NCBI GenBank assembly: GCA_963740905.1
Contig: CAVUFY010000012.1
Span: 213,040 to 277,039, forward strand
From: an uncultured delta proteobacterium
Lineage (GTDB): Bacteria > Desulfobacterota > DSM-4660 > Desulfatiglandales > HGW-15
Direction of reading: 5' to 3'
Length of the DNA: 64,000 nucleotides
Part shown: one piece after another, positions 1-9,444 of the stretch
Layout: every line of letters starts with the position of its first letter
Position numbering within the stretch: the first letter of the stretch is position 1
The notes under the pieces: model-generated
The model's input: the letters and a program-made list of their open reading frames with translations, nothing else
What the model was told of the DNA's origin: nothing
Databases searched by the model: none
Made by a program: the position numbers and the translations under genes

Positions 1-2
1 CC

Positions 3-170
3 TGGCAATACCTGCCACGAATTCGGCACCTGCATCTTGTGGCAGTGGTCGCCCTGAGTCTGGCGACGGTGTATTGCCGCTATCATTATGGTGTGGACGT
101 ACTCGCGGGTGCGGCAACAGCGGCGATGACGATTCCGCTCGGGGAGTGGCTCTATCGAAGGCGGCCTTAG
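3..170 (+). CDS. PAP2-like phosphatase, C-terminal fragment (5' end lies outside the window)
   Basis: Frame-3 translation ...VAVVALSLATVYCRYHYGVDVLAGAATAAMTIPLGEWLYRRRP* stops at TAG 168-170. The R-x5-H-x3-D pattern resembles PAP2 motif 3. It is absent from the ORF track because it has no start codon. Confidence 0.4.
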   Translation, partial: WQYLPRIRHLHLVAVVALSLATVYCRYHYGVDVLAGAATAAMTIPLGEWLYRRRP

Positions 171-212
171 CCTGCCCCTTTCATGCAGGCGTTTGCCGCT
201 GATAGTCTTTTG

Positions 213-1195
213 CTATCTGATAGAGGTGTTCGGATCAAAGCCGTGCCTTATGCCGATCTTCGTGAACATTTGGGCGAGGCCGGTTCCCAGGTTGAAGACA
301 GAGCCGATATCGAGGTTTCGATCCGCTGTTTCATCGAAGAAGATATAGAGGCTTGAATCCATCCCGTCCTCGGGGAGCCAATAGCAAATCATGACAGGGA
401 CCTTGGGCAGGGGATGGAGAACTACGGATATATCGGACTCGAACTGTTTGTCCACCTGCTTACCGCCAAAAAGATGAACGATGTCATCAAAGAGTAGGCG
501 TGTAAAGGTCAGCCACTTTTTTCATGGGCTCCTCACAGCGCTTATGAAACAGCGGATAGCGATCCCGCCCCGCCCTCAATTCTCTGAAGGATACCCATTT
601 GTCCGATATTCGGCAGCCCTTGCCCGTGAAGAACGTAGGTGAGAAACGGAACAGCTACCCACGGGTTAATGTGGATTTCCGTGGTGAGATTCCCTCTTGT
701 ATCGACGCTGAAGTCTTTGCCGAGAATTTTAAGGGTCAACTTCTCGCCGGAGAAGCCGGCTCCTACTCGGCTGGCCGCCTCGGCCAGATCGAGATGACCG
801 ATCTCGGATTTGAGCTTTTCCAGGAGATCGCCAGGATCTTGTTCAAGGGTGATCGTCTTGTTAGGTTCCCCTGCCACCTGTTCAAGAGCCTCCCGGTTCA
901 GATTAGGACACTCATTGATCTTTCTCTGGCCCAGGAAAACAGCTCCGGCAAAGGCAAGACAAGTTGTTTCGCCGCACTTCCCACAGTTCGACCTGTCCAA
1001 AAAATGAAAGATCTCAAAGGCGTTCTTGGGTCTGCTCAACCGCTTTCTCCTGTTGTCTCCTGCTTTCCGTCGATATGCCGAGCGCGACCGAGCCGCCGTT
1101 TGCACGGTCCTACAACAACGAAACTTCGGATCGGATCCCCTCGGACTCTCATCGAGGCTCTTTCTCTTGCTCTCGTCGCCATCCGATACGCGCAC
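213..1195 (-). pseudogene. Fe-S-domain + DUF3786 protein with one break in the reading frame (start uncertain)
   Basis: The 217-aa ORF carries FHFLDRSNCGKCGETTCLAFAGAV (an RnfB/AcsC-type N-terminal Fe-S motif) followed by DUF3786-like sequence. Homology continues in the +1 frame as KWVSFRELRAGRDRYPLFHK...VDKQFESDISVVLHPLPKVPVMICYWLPEDG, which is ORF 213-455. Removing one base near 598-604 restores a single ORF. Confidence 0.65.
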
Positions 1196-1706
1196 CGGGG
1201 TATGAATCGATGCCTGCCGAGTAGGGCTTGATATCTATCATGGGTGATCCGTCCAGTGCATCCAGGCCGTTCACCTTCACAAAGCGTCCATCACGTTCCA
1301 GAAAATCGACGACACATAACCCGATCGGATTGGGACGATTCGGCGATCGCGTCGAAAAAACCCCATGGGTTTCAGGTCCCCAGGGAGTCCTAGTCTGCAG
1401 GATGCTTCTGTCACTCCTGTCCTGCCAATACAAGACGAAGAGATGGGTGCACGTATCGATGTCGAGAAGGCCGGGTTCGTATTCCTCGTATATTTCTATG
1501 GTGGAGACTCTTTTTTCGTGCCTCCCCTGGTGAGGCGTTCCCTTTCTTTCTTTGTACGGGGAATGAATCACTCCGATAGACCGCAAAAGAGCTGTTTCCA
1601 CCTCTTTCTTTTTCGACAAAACCGGTCTCCTTCTTCTTCCTGTTGTTCCTTTTGCATTTTCCGCTGACAATAAAGAGAAACGAGTTCTCCCGCTCTCGGT
1701 TCCCAT
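1149..1706 (-). CDS. tsaA: tRNA m6t6A37 methyltransferase, TsaA/TrmO (YaeB) family; the true start is probably internal
   Basis: IGVIHSPY...GTPHQG...LFVLYWQDR...GVFSTRSPNRPNPIGLCVV...LDALDGSPMIDIKPY is the typical UPF0066/TsaA pattern. Confidence 0.8.
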   Translation of the reverse strand: MGTESGRTRFSLLSAENAKGTTGRRRRPVLSKKKEVETALLRSIGVIHSPYKERKGTPHQGRHEKRVSTIEIYEEYEPGLLDIDTCTHLFVLYWQDRSDRSILQTRTPWGPETHGVFSTRSPNRPNPIGLCVVDFLERDGRFVKVNGLDALDGSPMIDIKPYSAGIDSYPGARIGWRREQEKEPR

Positions 1707-1853
1707 CGTGCATCGATCCTCAACGCAGGTCTAGAGGATCAGATCCAGCCGGCTCAACACCGGCACGATCCAGGCCCGGGCGTAATCTTCCGACTTGCCT
1801 GGACCCCAACCCCGGTCGAATTCCGGGTCGATGCCTTCAGGGAATCCCTGTGA

Positions 1854-2042
1854 CTACGTTTCGAAGAGGATCTTGTGGTCCACCAGGTTCATGCTCTTGA
1901 GCTTCGCCTTGATGATTTTCTGCTCGCCGAAAAGGTTGACAAGCCGGAATCGGCCTTCCTCCTCGGGCTCGACGACATCCACGCCCTCCAGAATCAACTC
2001 CTCTTCACCGTTCTTGTGATAGTAAGCATTGGCTTCGCACAT
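1854..2042 (-). CDS. CooT-family small metal-binding protein
   Basis: 62 aa starting MCEANAYY, with the CooT-like beta-barrel pattern ...LEGVDVVEPEEEG.FRLVNLFGEQK. Confidence 0.7.
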   Translation of the reverse strand: MCEANAYYHKNGEEELILEGVDVVEPEEEGRFRLVNLFGEQKIIKAKLKSMNLVDHKILFET

Positions 2043-2094
2043 CTTTCAAACCCTCTTTTGAATACTCGTTGATCATACTTTCAACCGGCCGATC

Positions 2095-2712
2095 TCATCG
2101 TTTTTCAAGGGACTCGAAACAGGGGATGCACAGAATCTGACCGTTGAGACGGCGGGTCCGGGATTCCATTACCCGTTCGCCGCAGGACTCACACGTCAAG
2201 CTTCCCAAGATACGTGCCTTCTTCGGAACCTGGTTCTCCGGCGTCCTGAAATCAAATACCTCTCCGAGATCCGATTCCATGATCCTTCGGGAAACCCCGG
2301 CCCTTGTCTCTTCCCATGTCTTCCGCTCTTCTTCACTCAACCCTTCGGTCTGCATTTTGCGATTCAGACGCCCCAGGGTTAATTCGGTATCGCCATAGAT
2401 CGTCTGGCGAGTGACGAGGCGGGCCGCCTTCCCGTCACTGCGTCTGTAAAACGTAAAAGCGTTCTTTCCATAGTCCTTGTGAATCAGGTTTCCCTTGCCG
2501 AAAGTGCAGCCGGTGAGGAATTGAATGGCGTCCACGCCGCACATATCCGTCTCCACAACGGCCACGATCTCTTCGTCAGGTGCCTTGCCCATTTCGCTCA
2601 AAGCCCATTCCGCCGCCCGAATCCCGATGGCCAGTCCAGGGCACCAGTGGCCATGGAAATCGGTCACCTGTCTGATTCGTTCCTCGTCTATCCGATCCTG
2701 GTTCATCTCCAT
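2095..2712 (-). CDS. FmdE-family protein with a C-terminal zinc ribbon
   Basis: FHGHWCPGLAIGIRAA...ETDMCGVDAIQFLTGCTFGKGNL is the FmdE domain. The C-terminus has CESCGE...CIPC. Confidence 0.85.
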   Translation of the reverse strand: MEMNQDRIDEERIRQVTDFHGHWCPGLAIGIRAAEWALSEMGKAPDEEIVAVVETDMCGVDAIQFLTGCTFGKGNLIHKDYGKNAFTFYRRSDGKAARLVTRQTIYGDTELTLGRLNRKMQTEGLSEEERKTWEETRAGVSRRIMESDLGEVFDFRTPENQVPKKARILGSLTCESCGERVMESRTRRLNGQILCIPCFESLEKR

Positions 2713-3118
2713 ACTCCTCGTCCGGGTTCACTTTATCTCATAAATTAAAATGAAAAAGGGCCGACGGCAAACCAGGCCGCACGGTGAGGCGGAACTTCGC
2801 TCGCAGTGTCGATCATTCTGTTTTCCTGCACTTTTACACTCCTTTGATGAGGGAACTCGATGCCGGAAACCGCCCGTCTCCCAAAAAAAAGCCGCGAAGA
2901 GCCCCGGTTTCATGGGGGCAAAGACCTTCGTGGCCTGGGTTCCCTTCTCTGCGTTATTAAAAGCCGAGCCGTTCGTACATCAAGAGACTCTTACAAACTC
3001 GGCAGGCCCTTCATGGGCTCAGATCCTTGTTTATTTATTGCCACTTCTCTTTCTTCTGTCAAGCCAATTCCCGCCCCGAGGCGGTATAGGTTGACGAAGA
3101 AGGTCAAAACTGAATAAG

Positions 3119-3547
3119 ATGACTAAAATGGAAATGATGAATCTCCTCGTCGGAGCTGGAGTGCTCCTCGTCATCGTGCTTCTCTGGTTCCTTCTGTCCT
3201 ACTTTCTGACCCCCCACGTGGAGTCTCCGAGCGGTGAAGCCCGGTTGACCGGGTCCTGCGGAGACACCATGCAGATCTCCTTGAAATTTCACAACGACCG
3301 GGTGGCGGCGACATCCTACTGGACAAACGGGTGTGCTTACAGCTTCAATTGCATTTATGTAGCCTCCGAACTGGCAAAAGGAAAGAGCCCAGATGAAATC
3401 CTGAAAATTGATCCCGAATTGATCCGGGAAGCCGTGGGCGGCTTGCCTGGGGATCAGATGCATTGCGCTCGGCTGAGCGTCGAGACCCTCCATGCGGCGT
3501 TGGATGACTTCATGCGCAAACAAACCTCCTCGCATTTCCAAGCTTGA
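3119..3547 (+). CDS. IscU/NifU-N-like Fe-S scaffold protein with an N-terminal TM helix
   Basis: TGSCGDTMQISL...WTNGCAYSFNC...GDQMHCARLSVETLHAAL shows the three-Cys IscU pattern. The N-terminus is hydrophobic (LLVGAGVLLVIVLLWFLL). Confidence 0.75.
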   Translation: MTKMEMMNLLVGAGVLLVIVLLWFLLSYFLTPHVESPSGEARLTGSCGDTMQISLKFHNDRVAATSYWTNGCAYSFNCIYVASELAKGKSPDEILKIDPELIREAVGGLPGDQMHCARLSVETLHAALDDFMRKQTSSHFQA

Positions 3548-3660
3548 CAGCCCAGAGCTCACCATGACCCACTGACTTTTCGGCGTCGGTTCACGTCTCG
3601 GTAAAAGTGGTTGCGCCTCTGAAGAGACCTCCCCATCGGGTTGGCTTGGGATAAACGTTC

Positions 3661-3687
3661 GGTTGCGGCCTGAGACCTGCATTAGGA
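3661..3687. repeat. 27-nt dispersed motif GGTTGCGGCC-N6-CTGCATTAGGA, copy 1
   Basis: ggttgcggcctgagacctgcattagga. This is 25/27 identical to 57778-57804 and about 22/27 identical to 17613-17639. A degenerate half-copy (gtggttgcgcctctgaagagacct) lies at 3608-3631. Confidence 0.6.
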
Positions 3688-3719
3688 AAAGCAGTGAGAC
3701 AAGCGATGCCCCTGCCAGC

Positions 3720-5063
3720 CTATGTTGGGGCCTCTATGTTGAATCGCTTCATCTTGCGCCAAAGAGTGGTGGGGTGAACGCCCATTTCCGCAGCGGTCGC
3801 CGTTTTGTTCCAATGGTTTCGTCTTAAGACTTCATAAAGATAGCTCCTCTGCATGTCTTCCAGCGAGTGCGCTTTCTCACGAGAGGGCTTTTCCTTCATG
3901 GATTCTTCCTTTTGCTTGAGGTAGTCGGGAAGGTGTTCGATACCGATGAGACCATTCTTGCAAACGACCGTTCCGTACTCGATGATGTTCTCCAGTTCCC
4001 TGACGTTGCCGGGAAAATCATGGGACATGAGAACCGGTACCACTTCCGGGGAGAGCCCTTGGATCTCCTTACTGTTCAATCGACCGAACTTGCGGATGAA
4101 GTGCTCAACAAGAAGAGGAATGTCCTCTTTCCTTTCCCGCAAAGGGGGAAGAACCAGCCTGACTACGTTGATTCGATAATAGAGGTCCTGTCTGAATTCT
4201 CCTTGCTTCGCTAGGTCTCCCAAGTTCTTGTTCGTGGCAGCCACAATCCGAACATCAACCTTCATGGATTTCGTGCCGCCCAGAGGCTCATAGGTCTTAT
4301 CTTGAAGGACCCGGAGAAGCCGGACTTGTAATGCGGGAGAAATGTCGCCGATTTCGTCGAGAAACAGGGTTCCTCCCTCCGCGATCGCAACCCTCCCAGG
4401 CTTATCCTTGAAGGCTGTACTGTGGGCCCCCTTTTCGTAGCCGAAAAGCTCAGATTCCAGGAGGGTATCCGGTAAGGAAGCACAATTGATAGTGATAAAA
4501 GGTCCTGTTTTTCTCGGGCTGAGAGCGTGGATGGCTTTGGCAAACAATTCCTTTCCCGTCCCGCTTTCTCCTTCGAGCAAAATTGTTGCATCGCTCTCCG
4601 AAGCCTGTTCCAGGACACCGAAGAGGCGCTGCATTTCTTTGTTCTTGCTTAGGATGTCCTGAAAGGAGTGGCGACGGGAAAGCTCTTTCCGAAGTTGCTC
4701 CACAACGCTCAAATCCCGGAAGGTCTCCACTCCACCGATCACCTTGCCGTGCTCGTCCTTCAAGAGGGCGGTGGAAATGCTCACAGGAACCTGATCCCCT
4801 CTGAGATTGACGATGTATATCGACTGGTTCACCACCGGCCGACTTGTTGCCATGGTGTGCTTCAAGGAACATCTTTTTTCGCAAATACCGGCCCGTAATA
4901 CTTCCCAGCAATAACGACCGATGGCCTCTTTTTTCTTGATGCCCGTGATGTTTTCAGCGGAACGATTAAATGAAGTGACTCTTAATTCGGAGTTGACAGT
5001 GAAAACCCCATCTGCAATACTATCTAGGATAATCTGGGTTTGATTTCTGAGATGCTCTTCCAT
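3720..5063 (-). CDS. sigma54-dependent transcriptional activator (PAS - AAA+ - Fis-type HTH)
   Basis: PAS domain with a Cys-rich insert (CWEVLRAGICEKRC), Walker A GESGTGKE, RVLQDK...VDVRIVAATN, and a C-terminal HTH ...AAEMGVHPTTLWRKMKRF. The GAFTGA loop reads GAHSTA. Confidence 0.9.
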   Translation of the reverse strand: MEEHLRNQTQIILDSIADGVFTVNSELRVTSFNRSAENITGIKKKEAIGRYCWEVLRAGICEKRCSLKHTMATSRPVVNQSIYIVNLRGDQVPVSISTALLKDEHGKVIGGVETFRDLSVVEQLRKELSRRHSFQDILSKNKEMQRLFGVLEQASESDATILLEGESGTGKELFAKAIHALSPRKTGPFITINCASLPDTLLESELFGYEKGAHSTAFKDKPGRVAIAEGGTLFLDEIGDISPALQVRLLRVLQDKTYEPLGGTKSMKVDVRIVAATNKNLGDLAKQGEFRQDLYYRINVVRLVLPPLRERKEDIPLLVEHFIRKFGRLNSKEIQGLSPEVVPVLMSHDFPGNVRELENIIEYGTVVCKNGLIGIEHLPDYLKQKEESMKEKPSREKAHSLEDMQRSYLYEVLRRNHWNKTATAAEMGVHPTTLWRKMKRFNIEAPT

Positions 5064-5169
5064 GGATGAAAACCTAAGACCGCCTTGCCAAATTGCAACG
5101 CCGGCCTGCTCGTTTTGACAACATTATCGCTTGCCTTTCCCCTTCAATCCGATATTATTGATATAGGGC

Positions 5170-5428
5170 TATTGGCAATAAGGGCAACAGCGACTAGGCA
5201 GTGGACTTCGTGCAATTACGCAATATGTTATAATATATGGCTTGCCTATTTGCAATAATTTTTTGGAGAGCGTCGAAAGCCTTCCATAGGAAGGTATCTA
5301 TAAGCCACTAATATAACGAGCAAAATCCCGTTAAACCCAGGTAAATCTATGGGGTGGCATGGCCGATGCACAGCGCCATTCATTTAATCGCAAATCGGCA
5401 CATGGCAACTGAGTCCTTATTGGCAATA
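5170..5428. promoter_or_regulatory. Three copies of the 11-bp palindrome TATTG-G-CAATA in the divergent control region
   Basis: Exact TATTGGCAATA at 5170-5180 and 5418-5428. A one-mismatch copy TATTTGCAATA lies at 5247-5257. The copies flank the sigma54 promoter. Confidence 0.4.
5355..5370 (+). promoter_or_regulatory. Candidate sigma54 (-24/-12) promoter of the metF-like/hdrA operon
   Basis: TGGCAT-ggccg-ATGCA with correct GG..GC spacing, about 85-100 nt upstream of the 5455/5470 start and next to a divergent sigma54 activator gene. Confidence 0.5.
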
Positions 5429-5454
5429 CATCTTACCAGCCTTGGTTTGCCAAG

Positions 5455-6342
5455 GTGGAAAGGGGACATATGAGTTTTCAAAAGCGATTGTCATCAGGTG
5501 AATTCGTCGTCCTGGCCCAGATGAACACGCCGAAAGGAGTGAACATCTCCGAAATGGTGAACAACGCTCGGCGCATCAAGGAACGAGTACACGGCGTTGT
5601 CATCCCTGACATGGACAACGGGGTCATGAGAATGAGCGCCCTTGCCGGAGGCGTTCTCATGCGCCAACAGGGGCTGGAGCCAATCATCCATGTCTATGGC
5701 CGGGACAGGAACAGGATGGCCCTCCAGGGAGACATCCTCGCGGCTCATGTTCTAGGTATCCAAAACCTTCTTGTAGTGCGTGGTGAAGCGATGGCCTCGG
5801 GCGATCACGTCGATGCCAAAGCGGTGGACGATCTGGATGAGTTTGGCCTTCTTCAAGCTGTGCGGAGCCTTCAGAAGGGCACGGACCTGGCGGGACTTGA
5901 ACTGAACGGCATTCCCAGTTTTACGGTGGGTTGCAGTCTTGGTCCTTTTGTGGATGAGAAGACGCTGGACGAAGAAATAGAGCGCGCAAGGAAAAAAATC
6001 GAAGCCGGCGCACAATTCCTTCTGTCCCCTTCTGTTTTTGACATCGACCGGTTTTCCAGGTTCATGGAGAAAGCAAGAGCGCTGGGAGTCCCCGTGATTC
6101 CCACCGTGTTCCTGCTGAAGACGGTGGGTATTGCGAGGTATATGGCCACCTATGAGCCCGGTGCATTCATTCCGGAACAACTGATCAAGCGCATGCGGCA
6201 GGCTAAAGATCGTGAACTGGAAGGATTCGTCATTGCAGGGGAAACGATCAAACAACTCAGAGGCATTGCCCAGGGCGTGCAGATCGTGACCCTAGGATGG
6301 GAGCACAGGCTCCCCACTATCCTGGACTATGCCGGGCTTTAG
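5455..6342 (+). CDS. Methylenetetrahydrofolate reductase-like protein (MetF paralog 1)
   Basis: MTHFR-family pattern ...FVVLAQMNTPKG...VIPDMDNGVMRMSALAGGVLMRQQGLEPIIHVYGRDRNRMALQGDILAAHVLGIQNLLVVRG. It is paralogous to 10668-11591. Confidence 0.8.
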   Translation: MERGHMSFQKRLSSGEFVVLAQMNTPKGVNISEMVNNARRIKERVHGVVIPDMDNGVMRMSALAGGVLMRQQGLEPIIHVYGRDRNRMALQGDILAAHVLGIQNLLVVRGEAMASGDHVDAKAVDDLDEFGLLQAVRSLQKGTDLAGLELNGIPSFTVGCSLGPFVDEKTLDEEIERARKKIEAGAQFLLSPSVFDIDRFSRFMEKARALGVPVIPTVFLLKTVGIARYMATYEPGAFIPEQLIKRMRQAKDRELEGFVIAGETIKQLRGIAQGVQIVTLGWEHRLPTILDYAGL

Positions 6343-6360
6343 AAAATGCGAAGTTAGGGA

Positions 6361-9300
6361 ATGGACCCTGGGTTACGAACAAATAAGAGTGAATTCGAGA
6401 TGAAAATGGAAGATCAAAAAGTGGTTCAAAGCAACAACAAGGCCCTCGTGATCGGCGGCGGCGTAGGAGGTATCAAGGCTGCTCTGGATTTGGCTGAGGC
6501 GGGCAGGGATGTCGTCCTTATTGATAAGGCTCCCTCAATCGGTGGTCTCATGACCCAACTCGACCGGACCTTTCCGACCAACAACTGTGATTTGTGCACT
6601 CTTTCACCCCACCTGGCGGAAAGCGGACGGCAGCTTCATATCGAGCTTATGCCGCTGACTCAGGTAGGTAGTGTAGAAGGGAAAGCAGGAAATTTCACGG
6701 TAAGGTTGACCACAGGGCCTCGATTTATTGATCTAGGGAAATGTACGGCCTGCGGTGAATGCCTCAAAGCATACCCCGAGTGCGTTCTGTTTACGCCGGG
6801 TCTGGATCACAGAGCCCCCACATGCATGCGCTACCCAAAGGCGACGCCCTATGCCTATTCCATCGACATGGAGAAGTGCACAGACGTTGACCGCCTGGTC
6901 AAAGTCTGCCGGGAAGGTGCGATCCTGCCGAAGGATTCTGAAAAAACGCGGGAGGTTCGTGTCGGTTCCATCGTTCTGGCAGCCGGCGCAACCCTTTTCG
7001 ATCCTGACCTGTTGGATACCTATGGCCACGGAGCCTATCCAAACGTGCTCACAGGGTTGGAATATGAACGCATTCTCTCGGCTTCAGGACCCACGCTGGG
7101 GGAACTTCTGCGGCCATCGGATGGAAAACAGCCCAAAAAGATAGCCTGGATTCAGTGCGTGGGGTCTCGAAGCCTCAAGGAGTCCTGTCTTGCCTATTGT
7201 TCGAGTGCCTGCTGCATGTATGCGTTGAAGGAAGCCATGGTGACCAAGGAAAGATTCCAGAACGGTATCGAAACGGTCATCTTCTACATGGACATGCGCA
7301 CTTCCGGCAAGGACTATGAGATGTATCTGAACCGAGCGAAGGAAGAATTCGGGATTCGCTTCGAACGAGCGAGGCCTCATTCGGTGGAGCCGGTGCCGGA
7401 AGGCGACGACCTCTCCATTACCTATCTTCCCGCCGGCGCCGGTTTGCCCAGGAAAGAGGTCTTTGATCTGGTAGTCCTTTCCACGGGCTTCGTGGTCTCT
7501 CCTGATTTGGTGAAATTGGCAGACAAGCTTGGGATCGAGACCAACGAGCACCATTTTGTCAAAACAGGAAGCTTCGAACCGGTGCAGAGCTCAAGACCTG
7601 GAATCTTCGTGTGCGGACTTCTGGAAAGCCCGAAGGATATTCCTGAGACCATGGTTCAGGCCAGTGCGGCAGCCTGTATGGCGTCTCAGTGCCTTCAGGT
7701 CTCGGAGAAGACGGCGGAAGACGAGGAGGACCTTCCTCCTGAGCGGGACGTGAGCCTCGAAGAACCCCGGGTGGGTGTTTTCGTTTGTGATTGCGGCACC
7801 AATATCGGTGGGTTCATCGATGTCTTTGATCTCGTGGAATATACACGACGACTGCCCCAGGTGGTCGTCACTCGGATGATCGGCCACGGTTGTTCCCGCG
7901 AGTCCCTGGAAGAGATTCAGAGGCTCGTAAGAGAGGAAAGTCTGAACCGTGTGGTCATCGGGGGATGCTCGCCGAGAACCCATGAACCTCTTTTTCAGGA
8001 TGCGGTGCGAAAGGCGGGACTCAATAAGTATCTGGTCGAAATCGCCAACCTCCGCGACCAAGACACATGGGTTCATCTGGACCATCCCGCGGAAGCTCTG
8101 GACAAAGCCAAGGACTTAATCCGAATGGCCGTCTCGAGCGTAGCCCTGGCTCATCCTCTCAGCGAACACATTCTGCCCATGAACAAGAACATCCTGGTGG
8201 TGGGAGGGGGCATTGCAGGGATGAACTCAGCTCTGGCTTTGGCTGATCAGGGGTTCAAAGTGTACCTCGTGGAGAGGTCTCCGCAGCTCGGAGGGTTGGC
8301 CATGAATCTTCGCCGGACACTGGAAGGAGAAGATGTCCGGGCGTACCTGTCCGGTCTCATCAACCGTATCATGCATCATGACAACATCCAGGTCATGACC
8401 CGGGCGGTGATCGTCGATCACAGCGGCATGCCGGGTCTTTTTACAACCGGGGTCCAGGCAGGGCCTCAAATGTTCTACCGGCAGATCACCCACGGCGTCA
8501 CGATTCTGGCTACCGGCGCCACTGCCAACCGACCGGGAGAATACCTCCTGGATGAGCATCCCGGTGTGGTGACGCAGCTCGACCTCGACCGGGTGATCGA
8601 GGATGATCCGGAAAGAGCCAAGGCGTGGCAGAACGTGGTCATGATCCAGTGCGTAGGTTCAAGATGTCCGGACAATCCCAACTGTTCGCGCATTTGCTGT
8701 CAATCGGCGGTCAAGAACGCTCTCCGATTGCTGGACTTGAATTCCCATATGCAGATCTCAGTCCTCTACCGGGACATGCGAACTTACGGGTTCCAGGAAG
8801 ACTACTACCGGAAAGCAAGAGAGCGGGGAGTCCTTTTCTTCCGCTATGAACCGGAAGACAAACCTGTTGTGGAGGCAGAAGGCGGCAAGGTGAGCGTGTC
8901 ATTCAAAGAACCGGTTCTTGGAAGAGAACTCAGGGTTTCGGCCGACTGTCTTGCCTTGAGCACCGGACTGATCGCGGATGAGGAGGGAACCGAAGATCTG
9001 GCCATGGTGTTCCGCTTGCCCCGGACAAAGGACGGATATTTCCTGGAGGATCACGTCAAACTTCGGCCTGTGGACTTGCCGGTTCCGGGGTTTTTTGTGG
9101 CCGGAACCGCCCATGCGCCCAAGACGATTCGTGAGAGCATCGCCCAAGCTCAAGCGGCCGCAGGCCGTGCCCAGACGCTACTGGCCAAAGAGGTGATCAA
9201 CCTGGGAGCCTCGGTAGCGAGGGTGGAGAGCAAGAGGTGCGCGGCTTGTCTTGTTTGTGTCAGGGCCTGTCCCTTTGACGTGCCTTACATCAATGCGGAC

Positions 9301-9444
9301 GGTTACTCCGAGATTGATCCGTCCAGGTGTCAGGGCTGCGGCATCTGTGCCGCGGCCTGTCCTGCAAAGGCCATACAGCTTATGCAGTATGAAGATGATC
9401 ATATTATGGCGAAACTCGAAGGTCTTTTGGAAGAGGTTATATAG
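6361..9444 (+). CDS. hdrA: HdrA-like flavoprotein (duplicated FAD/NAD domains with C-terminal 2x[4Fe-4S]); Cys form
   Basis: VIGGGVGGIKAALDLAEAG...LDRTFPTNNCDLCTLSP has Cys where the downstream paralogs have TGA. There is a second GGGIAGM dinucleotide fold, and C-terminal CAACLVCVRACP and CQGCGICAAACP motifs. Confidence 0.9.
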   Translation: MDPGLRTNKSEFEMKMEDQKVVQSNNKALVIGGGVGGIKAALDLAEAGRDVVLIDKAPSIGGLMTQLDRTFPTNNCDLCTLSPHLAESGRQLHIELMPLTQVGSVEGKAGNFTVRLTTGPRFIDLGKCTACGECLKAYPECVLFTPGLDHRAPTCMRYPKATPYAYSIDMEKCTDVDRLVKVCREGAILPKDSEKTREVRVGSIVLAAGATLFDPDLLDTYGHGAYPNVLTGLEYERILSASGPTLGELLRPSDGKQPKKIAWIQCVGSRSLKESCLAYCSSACCMYALKEAMVTKERFQNGIETVIFYMDMRTSGKDYEMYLNRAKEEFGIRFERARPHSVEPVPEGDDLSITYLPAGAGLPRKEVFDLVVLSTGFVVSPDLVKLADKLGIETNEHHFVKTGSFEPVQSSRPGIFVCGLLESPKDIPETMVQASAAACMASQCLQVSEKTAEDEEDLPPERDVSLEEPRVGVFVCDCGTNIGGFIDVFDLVEYTRRLPQVVVTRMIGHGCSRESLEEIQRLVREESLNRVVIGGCSPRTHEPLFQDAVRKAGLNKYLVEIANLRDQDTWVHLDHPAEALDKAKDLIRMAVSSVALAHPLSEHILPMNKNILVVGGGIAGMNSALALADQGFKVYLVERSPQLGGLAMNLRRTLEGEDVRAYLSGLINRIMHHDNIQVMTRAVIVDHSGMPGLFTTGVQAGPQMFYRQITHGVTILATGATANRPGEYLLDEHPGVVTQLDLDRVIEDDPERAKAWQNVVMIQCVGSRCPDNPNCSRICCQSAVKNALRLLDLNSHMQISVLYRDMRTYGFQEDYYRKARERGVLFFRYEPEDKPVVEAEGGKVSVSFKEPVLGRELRVSADCLALSTGLIADEEGTEDLAMVFRLPRTKDGYFLEDHVKLRPVDLPVPGFFVAGTAHAPKTIRESIAQAQAAAGRAQTLLAKEVINLGASVARVESKRCAACLVCVRACPFDVPYINADGYSEIDPSRCQGCGICAAACPAKAIQLMQYEDDHIMAKLEGLLEEVI

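Noticed and set aside
599-1231. Long ORFs antisense to well-supported genes. Examples: 599-1231(+), 10584-11300(-), 13933-14670(-), 18927-20033(+), 22207-22875(-), 38101-38877(+), 43747-44298(+), 45667-46575(+), 49027-49599(+), 59523-60110(-).
   Set aside because: Each lies opposite a gene with clear family motifs. They have no recognisable motifs or RBS and show the biased composition (Arg/Gly/Pro/Ser-rich) typical of shadow ORFs.
2728-3118. ORFs in the 2.7-3.1 kb gap (2750-3094, 2860-3117, 2728-2913) and the CCGCC-ccga-GGCGG hairpin near 3072-3086.
   Set aside because: These ORFs have no RBS, no motifs and mutually overlapping frames. The region is probably non-coding promoter sequence for the flanking divergent genes.
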